From Bdellovibrionota bacterium (lineage in GTDB: Bacteria > Bdellovibrionota_C > UBA2361 > OMII01): DNA of 64,000 bases. The stretch covers positions 1 to 64,000 of the forward strand of contig JBIJBE010000003.1 in the NCBI GenBank assembly GCA_044345405.1, read 5' to 3'. A program made the position numbers and the translations under genes. Shown here in pieces: positions 19,019 to 27,478 of this stretch. Within the stretch, counting starts at the first letter, position 1, and every line of letters begins with the position of its first letter. Below the pieces are notes generated by a model. It made no database searches and was not told where the DNA came from. It saw only the letters and a list, made by a program, of their open reading frames with translations.

Positions 19019-19839
19019 TCATCGGAACGTTTCAGATTCATAATCGAGAGGCGCTGCGGGCGGAGCAAGCGCTTCTCCCTTTCGCGCGATACGTCTCACG
19101 AGTTCTCACCTCGAGCGGTTTTGTTCGGGAGATCTCTCTTGCGCAGCGCCCACCTCGTGATGGGTGGATCGTTTTTCAGGGAGAGGGTGAGCGAGGATTC
19201 GCCGTGCGAGGTGATGAACTGACCGCCTCCCTTTCGCCACTTCAACGTTCCCTCGCTCGGGTGAGGCGCGCTCAGGCGATCGTGCAAGGCTTCGGTGGGC
19301 CCCGCGCGTTTCCTTTCACGCTCTCCTTACGCCCGGAGCCCCCCGAATCGTGGAGGGTGTGCAAGGTGGTTGGAGTGGTGAGTACGGTGTGGTGTAGCTC
19401 ATCGCTTCCGGTCCTTGAACCTCCCGCTCGAAGTGTGGAGGAGGTTTGGAACCCGGTCGCGCGAACGAAATTGTACGGTATGTTGGATAATGTCGGCGGG
19501 ATTGCGCCAGGGGAACGAGTCGTTATTGAGGAATTGCGTGTTGAGGTGCCGGAGCTTGGAATTGTTGGACGTTGTTATGTGAGAGGAGGGGCCATGACGA
19601 TAGAGGTACTGGAAAAGGAGAACGCGTTTGAACAACGTGTTCCTGGGGTGAGGCTCGATCTTGGGGAGATCGAGGTGCGAGTAACGGATCTCGTCGGACT
19701 CAGGCCCGGCGCGGTGCTTGACCTGGGTAGCGCCTCTCTTGAGCGGTGCTATATGCGGCTTGGCTCTACGATCCTCGCTGAGGGGCGATTTGAGCGTAGT
19801 GAGGGAAAGCTGACATTGACGATCGAGTCGGTGGTGTAG
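19015..19839 (+). CDS. sctQ: SctQ/FliM-FliN-like C-ring protein (C-terminal SpoA domain)
   Basis: C-terminus VRLDLGEIEVRVTDLVGLRPGAVLDLG...ILAEGRF..EGKLTLTI. ATG 19015 follows GGAGGAGG. Confidence 0.75.
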   Translation: MIIGTFQIHNREALRAEQALLPFARYVSRVLTSSGFVREISLAQRPPRDGWIVFQGEGERGFAVRGDELTASLSPLQRSLARVRRAQAIVQGFGGPRAFPFTLSLRPEPPESWRVCKVVGVVSTVWCSSSLPVLEPPARSVEEVWNPVARTKLYGMLDNVGGIAPGERVVIEELRVEVPELGIVGRCYVRGGAMTIEVLEKENAFEQRVPGVRLDLGEIEVRVTDLVGLRPGAVLDLGSASLERCYMRLGSTILAEGRFERSEGKLTLTIESVV

Positions 19840-19876
19840 CCGGTGGCGAGGTTGGCGTCGTCTCCACGGCTGTGGG

Positions 19877-19905
19877 ACGCAACCTCTGTCGCGTCTTTTC
19901 GATAC
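19877..19905 (+). promoter_or_regulatory. Candidate internal sigma-28-type promoter for the needle-like gene
   Basis: GCAA-N15-TTCGATAC, 30 nt upstream of ATG 19936. Confidence 0.4.
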
Positions 19906-19935
19906 ATACGTACTCAACTTTTTAGGGAGACAGCT

Positions 19936-20259
19936 ATGTCACATATTCACGCTATTCGTTCTACTTCAGATGGGGCCTTCGGAGTGTCGGTAGGGGATTC
20001 ACCGTTGATGCGCTCCGTGCCTGAGCCCCGCAATTCGCTCGGCTCCTGGGTTACAACAGCCGGGAACGCGGTGGCATCAACAACTTCCGCGCTTACCGGT
20101 ATCGGGGCATCGATGATGGACGGGGCGAGTATTACTAATCTACTGAATCAGCAGATTCAGATTCAGCAAATCATGCAAACGACCTCGATGTTGTCGAACG
20201 TATACCGCTCTCAGCATGAGACGGAGATGGCGCCGATTCGAAACATGCGAGTTGGATAG
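19936..20259 (+). CDS. Putative T3SS needle (SctF-like) or inner-rod subunit, 107 aa
   Basis: C-terminal SNVYRSQHETEMAPIRNMR aligns in register with the PrgI-type C-terminal helix. Ser/Gly-rich N-terminus. GGAG SD present. Confidence 0.6.
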   Translation: MSHIHAIRSTSDGAFGVSVGDSPLMRSVPEPRNSLGSWVTTAGNAVASTTSALTGIGASMMDGASITNLLNQQIQIQQIMQTTSMLSNVYRSQHETEMAPIRNMRVG

Positions 20260-20265
20260 TCGTTT

Positions 20266-22179
20266 GTGGCGGGGGGCGATGTGACAGAGGTGGGGAAGTT
20301 CTCTCTACAAGAGATGGTCGTCCCGATCGGTTTGTTGCTCGTTGTCGGGTGCATGCTCGTTCCCCTGCCACCCCTCGTGCTTGATATCTTGTTGTGCGGG
20401 AACTTGCTCTTCGCGCTCTTGTTGGTAATCGGGGCGCTCCACATCCGTGAGCCTCTCAAGTTGGCAACCTTGCCCTCACTGTTGTTGATGGCGACGTTGG
20501 TTCGTCTCTCTCTTAATCTTGCCACGACCCGCGCGGTGTTGAGCACCGGTCACGCTGGTAAGGCGGTGGAGGCGTTCGGCTCCGTGGTCATTCAGGGGAG
20601 CTTGGTTGTTGGCTTCGTGCTTTTTCTGTTGATTACGCTGATTCAATTCATCGTGGTCGCTAAGGGGGCGGAGCGAGTGGCGGAGGTATCGGCGCGATTT
20701 ACCCTCGACGCGCTTCCGGGAAAGCAGATGGCGATCGACGCTGAGATTCGTGGAGGTTTTCTCGATCCGGAGGGAGCGCGAAAGAAGCGCGCCGAGGTAC
20801 AGAGTGAGTCTCGCTTTTATGGCGCGCTCGACGGATCCATGAAGTTCGTGAAAGGGGACGCGCTGGCTGGTCTCGTGATGACCTTTGTGAATATAGCTGG
20901 TGGGCTCCTTGTAGGCTTGTTGATTCACAACCTTGAGTTTGATGTGGCGCTTCATCGATATACGTTGCTGACCGTAGGCGATGGGCTCCTTTCGCAGATC
21001 CCATCGTTATTAAACTCCGTGGCGGCTGGACTTGTAGTAACGCGCGTGCAGGTGCAGGAGTCATCGTCACTCTCCGGCGATCTCATCTCGCAACTCGGCG
21101 AGTTTCGCGCCGCGCGCGCCTTTGTGGCGTTCGCGGCGTTCGCGCTGGGGTGCGTTCCGGGGATGCCGCATATTCCGCTTTTGGGTGTGTCGGTTGTCTT
21201 GATCGTTACTTTGTTGGCGCGGCATCCCCGGCCGGAGCGTGAGGATGGGGGAGATGGGCTGCGAGAGTTTGAACCGATCCTCTCGCCCACGTTGCACCTT
21301 GAGGTGAATAGAGAGTGGTTTGGGGCGATGCCATCGCTGAGACGCATAGCGGAGGAGTTAGAGGAGTTGCGAGGCCACGCCTTTTCGCGGTGGGGGATCG
21401 TACTTCAACGTCCTGGTATCTCCGTGTGGGAATCTCCCCGCGGCGCGTATCGGATCCTTCTTCGAGGTATGGAGGTGGCGAGTGATAGGGGGGGATGCGA
21501 GCGACGAGAGTGGAGCGATCTCATATCAGAGGCTCGCGCCGTTATTGATGGCTACAAGGATACGTTGGTAGATGATGGCATGACCCGTCGCGCGCTCGAT
21601 TACGTCGAGAAAAAGGTGCCGGACCTCGTCGTCGGCGTTGTGCCCGCGATTATCTCTCTTACGCAGCTCACCACGATCCTTCGAGCCTTGTTGCGGGAGG
21701 GGGTAACGATTGGTCACCTCGACGTGATCTTGCAGACCGTAGCTGAGAGTGGAGGACGGATGAGTGAGCGGGCGTTGGTAGCGGAGGTTCGCGCGGCGCT
21801 CGGTCCCGTTGTGTGCGCGACGGTCGCTCATGAGGGCACGATTCAGGGGATCGCGGTTGAGCCGCTACTTGACCTTGTGTTGACTAAAGCGGAGGAGGGT
21901 GGGTCCCTCATTGCAGGCGAGCTCGTCGACGCCATATGGTCTCGAGTGGGGGAGGTGGTAAGACCGGGAGCCGTTCTTCTCTCCTCAAAGCGGTCACGGG
22001 CCTACCTCCGTGATCTCGTCAGGGTGCGTGGAGAGGGGATTCCTGTTCTCGCCCATGAGGAGCTCTCCCCCCGGTTCGAGGTCGTTCCTGTTGGAGCGAT
22101 CGAGCTCACCGAAGAGGTCCATAGGACCGCGCTCCTCAATCAGGCGATGGAGGAGGGTTATGAAAAAAAAGTCGCCTAG
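20266..22179 (+). CDS. sctV: Type III export gate protein SctV/FlhA (FHIPEP family)
   Basis: KGAERVAEVSARFTLDALPGKQMAIDA, FYGALDGSMKFVKGDA, LLTVGDGLLSQIP, multiple TMs and a C-terminal VLAHEEL. Confidence 0.9.
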   Translation: MAGGDVTEVGKFSLQEMVVPIGLLLVVGCMLVPLPPLVLDILLCGNLLFALLLVIGALHIREPLKLATLPSLLLMATLVRLSLNLATTRAVLSTGHAGKAVEAFGSVVIQGSLVVGFVLFLLITLIQFIVVAKGAERVAEVSARFTLDALPGKQMAIDAEIRGGFLDPEGARKKRAEVQSESRFYGALDGSMKFVKGDALAGLVMTFVNIAGGLLVGLLIHNLEFDVALHRYTLLTVGDGLLSQIPSLLNSVAAGLVVTRVQVQESSSLSGDLISQLGEFRAARAFVAFAAFALGCVPGMPHIPLLGVSVVLIVTLLARHPRPEREDGGDGLREFEPILSPTLHLEVNREWFGAMPSLRRIAEELEELRGHAFSRWGIVLQRPGISVWESPRGAYRILLRGMEVASDRGGCERREWSDLISEARAVIDGYKDTLVDDGMTRRALDYVEKKVPDLVVGVVPAIISLTQLTTILRALLREGVTIGHLDVILQTVAESGGRMSERALVAEVRAALGPVVCATVAHEGTIQGIAVEPLLDLVLTKAEEGGSLIAGELVDAIWSRVGEVVRPGAVLLSSKRSRAYLRDLVRVRGEGIPVLAHEELSPRFEVVPVGAIELTEEVHRTALLNQAMEEGYEKKVA

Positions 22180-22726
22180 GCCCGCAACTCTTGGGCGCAT
22201 ACTTTCGATACTCGTAGGTACGGCGCAGCTCCTTGGATGCGTTGCCTCCTCGGCGGTTCCGGATGGGTATTTTCGAAAGGCTGAAGCCTTGGTTGATGTG
22301 GGAACGAGGTTTCTACGGGAGCGGCGTTTGGTCGACGCGCGGAAAGCGTTCGAACTCGCCTCTGAGTTGGCTCCGGTGGCTTCGGCGGTTGATGGGCTCG
22401 GGTGTGTGGCGCTCCTTGAGGGGCGGTATGACTCGGCGGAGGGCTACTTTCGAGCGGCGTATGAGATGGATCGTTCCTATGACGAGGCGTTAGTGAACCT
22501 GGGGCTTCTGAGGGAACTTCAGGGGCGGTCGAGTGAAGCTAGAGCTATCTATTTGAAGTATTTAGAGAAAAGCCCATCTTCGGGGAACGCTCGCAACAAC
22601 CTGGCGGCCCTTGAGTACGATGGGGGGAGGGGTACAATGGAAACGGTCGCGTCGTTGGAGAAAGCGATAGTTCTGTCAGATCAAGTTGTTATCCGCGATA
22701 ATCTGGTGGTTCTGAGAAGTAAGTAG
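22160..22726 (+). CDS. TPR lipoprotein (pilotin-like)
   Basis: Basic N-terminus with lipobox LLGC. TPR motifs ALVNLGLL and ARNNLAAL. ATG 22160 follows GGAGG and overlaps the end of sctV. Confidence 0.78.
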   Translation: MKKKSPRPATLGRILSILVGTAQLLGCVASSAVPDGYFRKAEALVDVGTRFLRERRLVDARKAFELASELAPVASAVDGLGCVALLEGRYDSAEGYFRAAYEMDRSYDEALVNLGLLRELQGRSSEARAIYLKYLEKSPSSGNARNNLAALEYDGGRGTMETVASLEKAIVLSDQVVIRDNLVVLRSK

Positions 22727-22738
22727 AGTGGAGTTGGT

Positions 22739-23047
22739 ATGACAAACAAGGCTACGAAGAGCAAAGTGACACCGGCGGGCTCCAAGCAAAACACCGGTCG
22801 CCGGATCTCTACCCCTATAACCTCAGCTGATTCCGCTGTTGAGAGTGTGGCGTTGTCCGATCTTCTCTCCACCCACACGGGGGCTTCCGAGGATCAGGTT
22901 CTCGACACTCTCCTCACGCGGATCACCGATAAGTTGGGTGACCAGGGGGTTGAAAAGGGTCAAATGCATGAATTCCTTAGCCTCATTCTTGATACCGACC
23001 CGGCTCTCAAAGAGGAGATATTGCGCGGAATTCGCGTGAGTAAGTGA
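22739..23047 (+). CDS. Hypothetical protein
   Basis: 102-aa ORF with a GGAG SD, 12 nt downstream of the TPR gene. Confidence 0.65.
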   Translation: MTNKATKSKVTPAGSKQNTGRRISTPITSADSAVESVALSDLLSTHTGASEDQVLDTLLTRITDKLGDQGVEKGQMHEFLSLILDTDPALKEEILRGIRVSK

Positions 23048-23080
23048 TTCTTATTCCCCCTCCACGCAATCTAATCTTGC

Positions 23081-23803
23081 ATGGAGACCAAGCCCCCCGA
23101 ATCTTCGGCTGAACGCCGCATCCTGATCGCCGATGACGACGCTGATTCACGCATCGTCGTTGCGAGCGTGATCTCCATTTTGGGGCACTGCCCGGTGGTT
23201 GTGCACGGAGGGGGGGAAGCCCTTGAGGAGTGTGAGCGGCAGCTCCCCGATCTCGCGATTGTCGACTACACTATGCCCGCGGTGAACGGGATCGAGATGT
23301 GTCATCGGTTGAAGACGATCCCTGGTGGCGAGTTGGTTCCGATCCTTATGCTCACCGCGCGTGATAGCATGCAAGATAAGATCTCCGCTCTCGAAGAGGG
23401 GATCGATGACTACCTCACGAAGCCATTTAACTACCAAGAGCTGCGAGCGCGGGTGAAGGCGTTGCTGCGAGTCCGGGATCTTAACGTCAAGCTCGTGGCT
23501 AAGACTGAAGAGCTAAAAAAGACGCAGGAGCGCCTGGTCGCGACTGAGCGACAGGTAGCGGTCGGACAGCTCGCTGGAACGGCGGCGCATCAGTTGGGGC
23601 AGCCGCTATCGGCTATCATGCTCAACTGCTTCCTTATTGAGAAACTTCCCAAAGAGGACTCCAAGTTCTTAGGCGCGGTCGCCGCTATTAAGAACGATGT
23701 GCGTCGAATGGTTGAGATGATCGATAGCCTTCGTAACATTAAAGCTTCGGCCCGTGAGGAGTACTTCGATGGCACTGAGATCTTAAAATTGAAAGACGAC
23801 TAG
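23081..23803 (+). CDS. Response regulator: receiver plus coiled coil plus HisKA-like H-box, with no ATPase domain
   Basis: ILIADDD, IVDYTMP, MLTA, YLTKP, then GQLAGTAAHQLGQPL. Confidence 0.85.
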   Translation: METKPPESSAERRILIADDDADSRIVVASVISILGHCPVVVHGGGEALEECERQLPDLAIVDYTMPAVNGIEMCHRLKTIPGGELVPILMLTARDSMQDKISALEEGIDDYLTKPFNYQELRARVKALLRVRDLNVKLVAKTEELKKTQERLVATERQVAVGQLAGTAAHQLGQPLSAIMLNCFLIEKLPKEDSKFLGAVAAIKNDVRRMVEMIDSLRNIKASAREEYFDGTEILKLKDD

Positions 23804-23928
23804 GATAGGGCTCCCTCGTATCTGAGGCCTTTCTCGTCACGGCCCCCTGAAATCCGCTTTATTGTTCGGACCACAACCTCTATACTCCGACGTGGGATTT
23901 GAACCTTCCTTTACGAAAGACCGACCTC

Positions 23929-24894
23929 ATGTACGCGCAACCAACCCTAGATTTTGAATGGGCGACAACTCCTGAAGAGGTGGAGCGGGTCGCGGCTAGT
24001 ATCGCTAACGAGCCGATTATCTCCGTTGATACCGAGACGAGCGGTTGGCAGGTGGGTAATGAGCAGCTCTGCCTTATTCAGATCGGTGTGCCGAGTCAGC
24101 AACGTGTTATCCTCGTTGATGTTGTGAAAGCGGGAGCTCCCCTCGCGCTCGGGCCGGTACTGGCCGCGCCGACCCCCTTGATCGTCGCGCATAACGCCTC
24201 ATTCGAGGAACGACAATTCGCTCGATACGATATGAAGTTGAAGGGGATCAAAGATACCCTCACCATGTCCCGGCAATTGCGCCCGGATCTTCCGAATCAC
24301 ACCCTTCGCACCTGCTGTAAGCTCCTGCTCGGAATCGATATGAGCAAGCAGGAGCAAACGAGTGACTGGTCGATCCGTCCTCTCACCGACGCGCAGATAG
24401 CGTACGCCCGACTCGACGCGGAGGTGGCGATCACATTGTACGAGTATCTCGCTGGACTCGAGGCGCAGGCATCTCGTGAGCTCGATCTTCCGGTTGGTGA
24501 TCTCGTCAAGGAGTATGGCGCGGTTCTTAGGCACCGTTACGAGATCAGCTCTGGTATCTCGCACGAACTCGCCTTCTTGCAGGCCCGCGAGGGAAAGATT
24601 CGCGAGATGATCCGACAGAAGTTAATCGAGGGAGAGCCGGCCTACGACGGTCCTTTCGGAAAGTGCGCAATTCAAAAGGTGAAACGCACCGAGGTCAATC
24701 CGGTGCGCGTTCGTGAGGTGTTCCCTGAGTTCGCTGATGAGGTGATTCAGGAGTTCGTCGATCGCAAGCGTTTCGACTCTGTGGCGAAGGAGCGAGGGCT
24801 CCCCAAGAGCTCGATCGAATCGGTGCTCGACACGGTTGGATTTAACGAACGGTTGCAGCTCACTCTCAAAGACGAGACCGGGTTTACGGAGTAG
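23929..24894 (+). CDS. DEDDy 3'-5' exonuclease (RNase D-like) with an unrecognised C-terminal domain
   Basis: SVDTET, LCLIQI, HNASFE, DTL, EQTSDWSIRPLTDAQIAYARLDA. Confidence 0.85.
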   Translation: MYAQPTLDFEWATTPEEVERVAASIANEPIISVDTETSGWQVGNEQLCLIQIGVPSQQRVILVDVVKAGAPLALGPVLAAPTPLIVAHNASFEERQFARYDMKLKGIKDTLTMSRQLRPDLPNHTLRTCCKLLLGIDMSKQEQTSDWSIRPLTDAQIAYARLDAEVAITLYEYLAGLEAQASRELDLPVGDLVKEYGAVLRHRYEISSGISHELAFLQAREGKIREMIRQKLIEGEPAYDGPFGKCAIQKVKRTEVNPVRVREVFPEFADEVIQEFVDRKRFDSVAKERGLPKSSIESVLDTVGFNERLQLTLKDETGFTE

Positions 24895-25834
24895 TTGTCC
24901 GCCCCTGGGAGATAATCCCCCAATAGTATCGATACGACGCTCGATCGTGGAGACGTCCGTTGTGTTGAATCGGCCCCCAGTTCGCGGCTTGCGCCGCCGC
25001 GATGATCTCCGTCGCTTCCCTTAGTTCGTCAGCTGTTGGAGTCATCCCTCGAATGATATGTGGGATCTGATCGGGGTGAATACTCCACATTCTCAGGAAT
25101 CCAAGTTCGTGTCGCGCCTTGTGCGCGTCGTGAAACGCTTGGTCTGGATTTCGGATATCAACCGTTACGTTGTGGTTAGCAATTTTGTTGTGGCTTAACG
25201 CCGCGATCGCTATCTCGCTCTTTATCTTGAGGAGGAGTGGATGGCTGAACTGCTCTGGGCTTCGCATGCCGGAGGAGGGGATTGCGCCCCCAAAGTGTGA
25301 GATACAATCCATTAATCCAAAATCGAGGGTCTCAACCGCGGGATGCGCGGCGAGTTGGTGGATGGATTCGATCGCCTCCGGTGTCTCAATAAGGAGGTGA
25401 AGGGGGATTTGTCGCTCGATACCAACCTTCGTGGCGTAGTGCTCGACCACGCCGGCGGTCCACGTCACCTCACGCGTTGAGGTAACTTTGGGGATCGTGA
25501 TGTACGCGAGTGAAGAGCCCGCTCGGGTAACCACCTCCTCAATATCGTGCTCGAAGTGTGGTGATGTGGAGGCGTGGATTCTAACCCCTATCTGCTTACG
25601 CGAGTTCTGAGTTGAGTTGAGGATTGAGATAAAGGTTCCACGGAGTGAATCCTCTTGTCCAACAGGAGCACCATCCTCAAGATCCAGGGTGATGTCGACC
25701 AGCGAACTCCCATCACTTCGAAGGTGCTGCCCCTGAAGCGCTAACGCTTTGAGCGCGAATTTCTCATTGCCGGCGATGTGCTCGCACGGAGCGATCCGGG
25801 GTGGTGTGTGGGTGATGTCGAGTGGGGGCGTCAT
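24884..25834 (-). CDS. HpcH/HpaI aldolase / CitE-like lyase family protein
   Basis: DLEDGA, IPKV, LIETP, LDFGLMD, MWSIHPDQI, LHDRASYRYYW. Confidence 0.88.
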   Translation of the reverse strand: MTPPLDITHTPPRIAPCEHIAGNEKFALKALALQGQHLRSDGSSLVDITLDLEDGAPVGQEDSLRGTFISILNSTQNSRKQIGVRIHASTSPHFEHDIEEVVTRAGSSLAYITIPKVTSTREVTWTAGVVEHYATKVGIERQIPLHLLIETPEAIESIHQLAAHPAVETLDFGLMDCISHFGGAIPSSGMRSPEQFSHPLLLKIKSEIAIAALSHNKIANHNVTVDIRNPDQAFHDAHKARHELGFLRMWSIHPDQIPHIIRGMTPTADELREATEIIAAAQAANWGPIQHNGRLHDRASYRYYWGIISQGRTTTP

Positions 25835-25905
25835 GCGTTGTTGGATGTTCGTTATTTGTGGAGAGGTTCCCTTGAATGTGGGGCGGAGGGCAAGGGGGAA
25901 GGTTG

Positions 25906-25929
25906 GGGGACGGTCGCCCTCCCGTGTGC
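25906..25929. repeat. Partial REP-like copy
   Basis: ggggacggtcgccctccc matches the right arm of the 51527-51552 copy. Confidence 0.7.
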
Positions 25930-26030
25930 CGGGTCACGTATGCGCCACCGACTTTTTATCCCCTGCCGCAACGCGCACTTCGCGGCTATACTCCCGGCTC
26001 ACATCGTCTACCACTACAGGAGCTCCTCAC

Positions 26031-26696
26031 ATGGCAGGTTTAAAAGTTGGTCAATCAGCGCCACGATTCTCACTTAAAGATAAGGATGGAAAGGCGCACT
26101 CGCTTGATGCGTCCAAAGTTGACTACACGGTGCTCTATTTCTATCCAAAGGATGACACACCGGGTTGCACGCTTGAGGCGAAGGAGTTCTCTCAGTTTCT
26201 TGAGAAATTCACCTCCCGTAATGTGCGCGTTGTTGGCGTATCGGGTGGCGACGAAAAGACAAAAGCGAAGTTCTGCGCGAAGTACTCACTTAAGGTTCCC
26301 CTTGTTTCGGATACTAATTTCAAGGTGGCGAAGTCTTATGGCGCGTATGGCACGAAGCAGTTTATGGGGCGAACATTTCAGGGGATCTTCCGGAAGACCT
26401 TCCTCCTGGATAAAGCCGGAAAGATCGCGCGCATCTTCGATACTGTAAAGCCTGAAGGGCACGCCGAGGAGGTTTTGGCGGCTATCGATGAACTTTCGAA
26501 GAAGGGGGGCGTGAAGAAAGCTACCGCTAAGCCGGCCGCGAAGACGAAAAAGGCCCCCGCGAAGAAAGCGATCGCTACAAAGAGCGCGGTAAAGCGAGGT
26601 AGTAAGGCCAAGCCGGCTCGCGCGGCAGCGCCGAAGCGAGCCGCACGTAAAGCGACCGCCGCTCGTAGCGCCAAGAAGGCAACGAAAAAGAAGTAG
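26031..26696 (+). CDS. bcp: BCP/PrxQ peroxiredoxin with a Lys/Ala-rich C-terminal tail
   Basis: YFYPKDDTPGCTLEA, second Cys in AKFCAKY, RKTFLLD, VKPEGHAEEVL. About 65-aa K/A/P tail. AGGAG SD present. Confidence 0.92.
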   Translation: MAGLKVGQSAPRFSLKDKDGKAHSLDASKVDYTVLYFYPKDDTPGCTLEAKEFSQFLEKFTSRNVRVVGVSGGDEKTKAKFCAKYSLKVPLVSDTNFKVAKSYGAYGTKQFMGRTFQGIFRKTFLLDKAGKIARIFDTVKPEGHAEEVLAAIDELSKKGGVKKATAKPAAKTKKAPAKKAIATKSAVKRGSKAKPARAAAPKRAARKATAARSAKKATKKK

Positions 26697-26716
26697 TCAG
26701 TTTTCGCGTAGTGCTC

Positions 26717-26740
26717 GAGAGCGGGGGCATCTCCGCTCTC
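26717..26740. terminator. Hairpin between convergent genes (possible terminator)
   Basis: gagagcggg ggcatc tccgctctc, with no strong U tract. Confidence 0.4.
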
Positions 26741-26749
26741 GGGTCACTC

Positions 26750-27469
26750 CTACGCTACCCACGGAAGGAACGACCAGAAGCTCGGCTCATCAGCTGGGTC
26801 GTGCATAATATCACGAGCGATACACCTTCCAGCCTCATTTACCATCGCCTCGGTGTAGAGCATGTCGGATCGTTGCGAGGTCAGTCCAAACGTTCCGCTC
26901 ACCTCGAACATGTCGTGTCTGTTCGTGACAACTCGTGAGGTTCCGTACCAGAGGGTCGTTCCTGAATCGGCATCGATAATTTTGGTGTGAATAGTCCACT
27001 CATCGAGGCGAGAGAGTCGCTCGAGATATCCTACGAGGACGAGATCGTATCCCGCGGTGCGGGCGAGTGAGAGCGCCCCGAAGTTGCCGGTAAAGAAGTC
27101 ATCCTTCTTGCCAGGCCAGTCTTGACGATTGAATACCTCAATTATCGGAAGGGTATCGTATGCGAGCAGCTCTCGTTGGGTTGTCCATCCGAGTTGATCG
27201 CTAATTCCCGGAAGCTCAGAGTTCTGAGCGGTAAAGTTTGCCTGCGTCACGAAGGGGATAACCGCCATGCGCGCGGTGACACCACCCTTAAACCGCTGAT
27301 CTATGAAGGCGGGAATGTCTGTCCGAACATAGGCACGGGTTGTGCAAGTCTCGCCCGTGTGGCGAAAGAGCATCGCGCAGCTGGATAAAATTACCGGGAG
27401 TGTCAAAAGACTGACACGGAGAGCACCCCGGATCCAGGTTGAAGTTTTTAAGGATGAAGCTAATTGCAT
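26750..27469 (-). CDS. Lipoprotein, FlgO/CsgG-like fold (start 27469 or 27511)
   Basis: Lipobox LSSC. MAVIPFV...DLVLVGYL...IHTKIIDADSGTTLW pattern of TolB-N/CsgG/FlgO-like domains. Confidence 0.7.
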   Translation of the reverse strand: MQLASSLKTSTWIRGALRVSLLTLPVILSSCAMLFRHTGETCTTRAYVRTDIPAFIDQRFKGGVTARMAVIPFVTQANFTAQNSELPGISDQLGWTTQRELLAYDTLPIIEVFNRQDWPGKKDDFFTGNFGALSLARTAGYDLVLVGYLERLSRLDEWTIHTKIIDADSGTTLWYGTSRVVTNRHDMFEVSGTFGLTSQRSDMLYTEAMVNEAGRCIARDIMHDPADEPSFWSFLPWVA

Positions 27470-27478
27470 GAGGTTACT

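Noticed and set aside
17280-22179. Ordinary flagellar operon (fliA/fliF/fliN/flhA)
   Set aside because: The ring protein is a short lipobox SctJ type rather than FliF, a needle-like subunit is present, and there are no rod, hook or flagellin genes in the window.
23883-23905. tRNA T-arm-like GGTTCAAATCCC on the minus strand
   Set aside because: The T-stem does not pair beyond 2 bp, and no cloverleaf or CCA can be formed.
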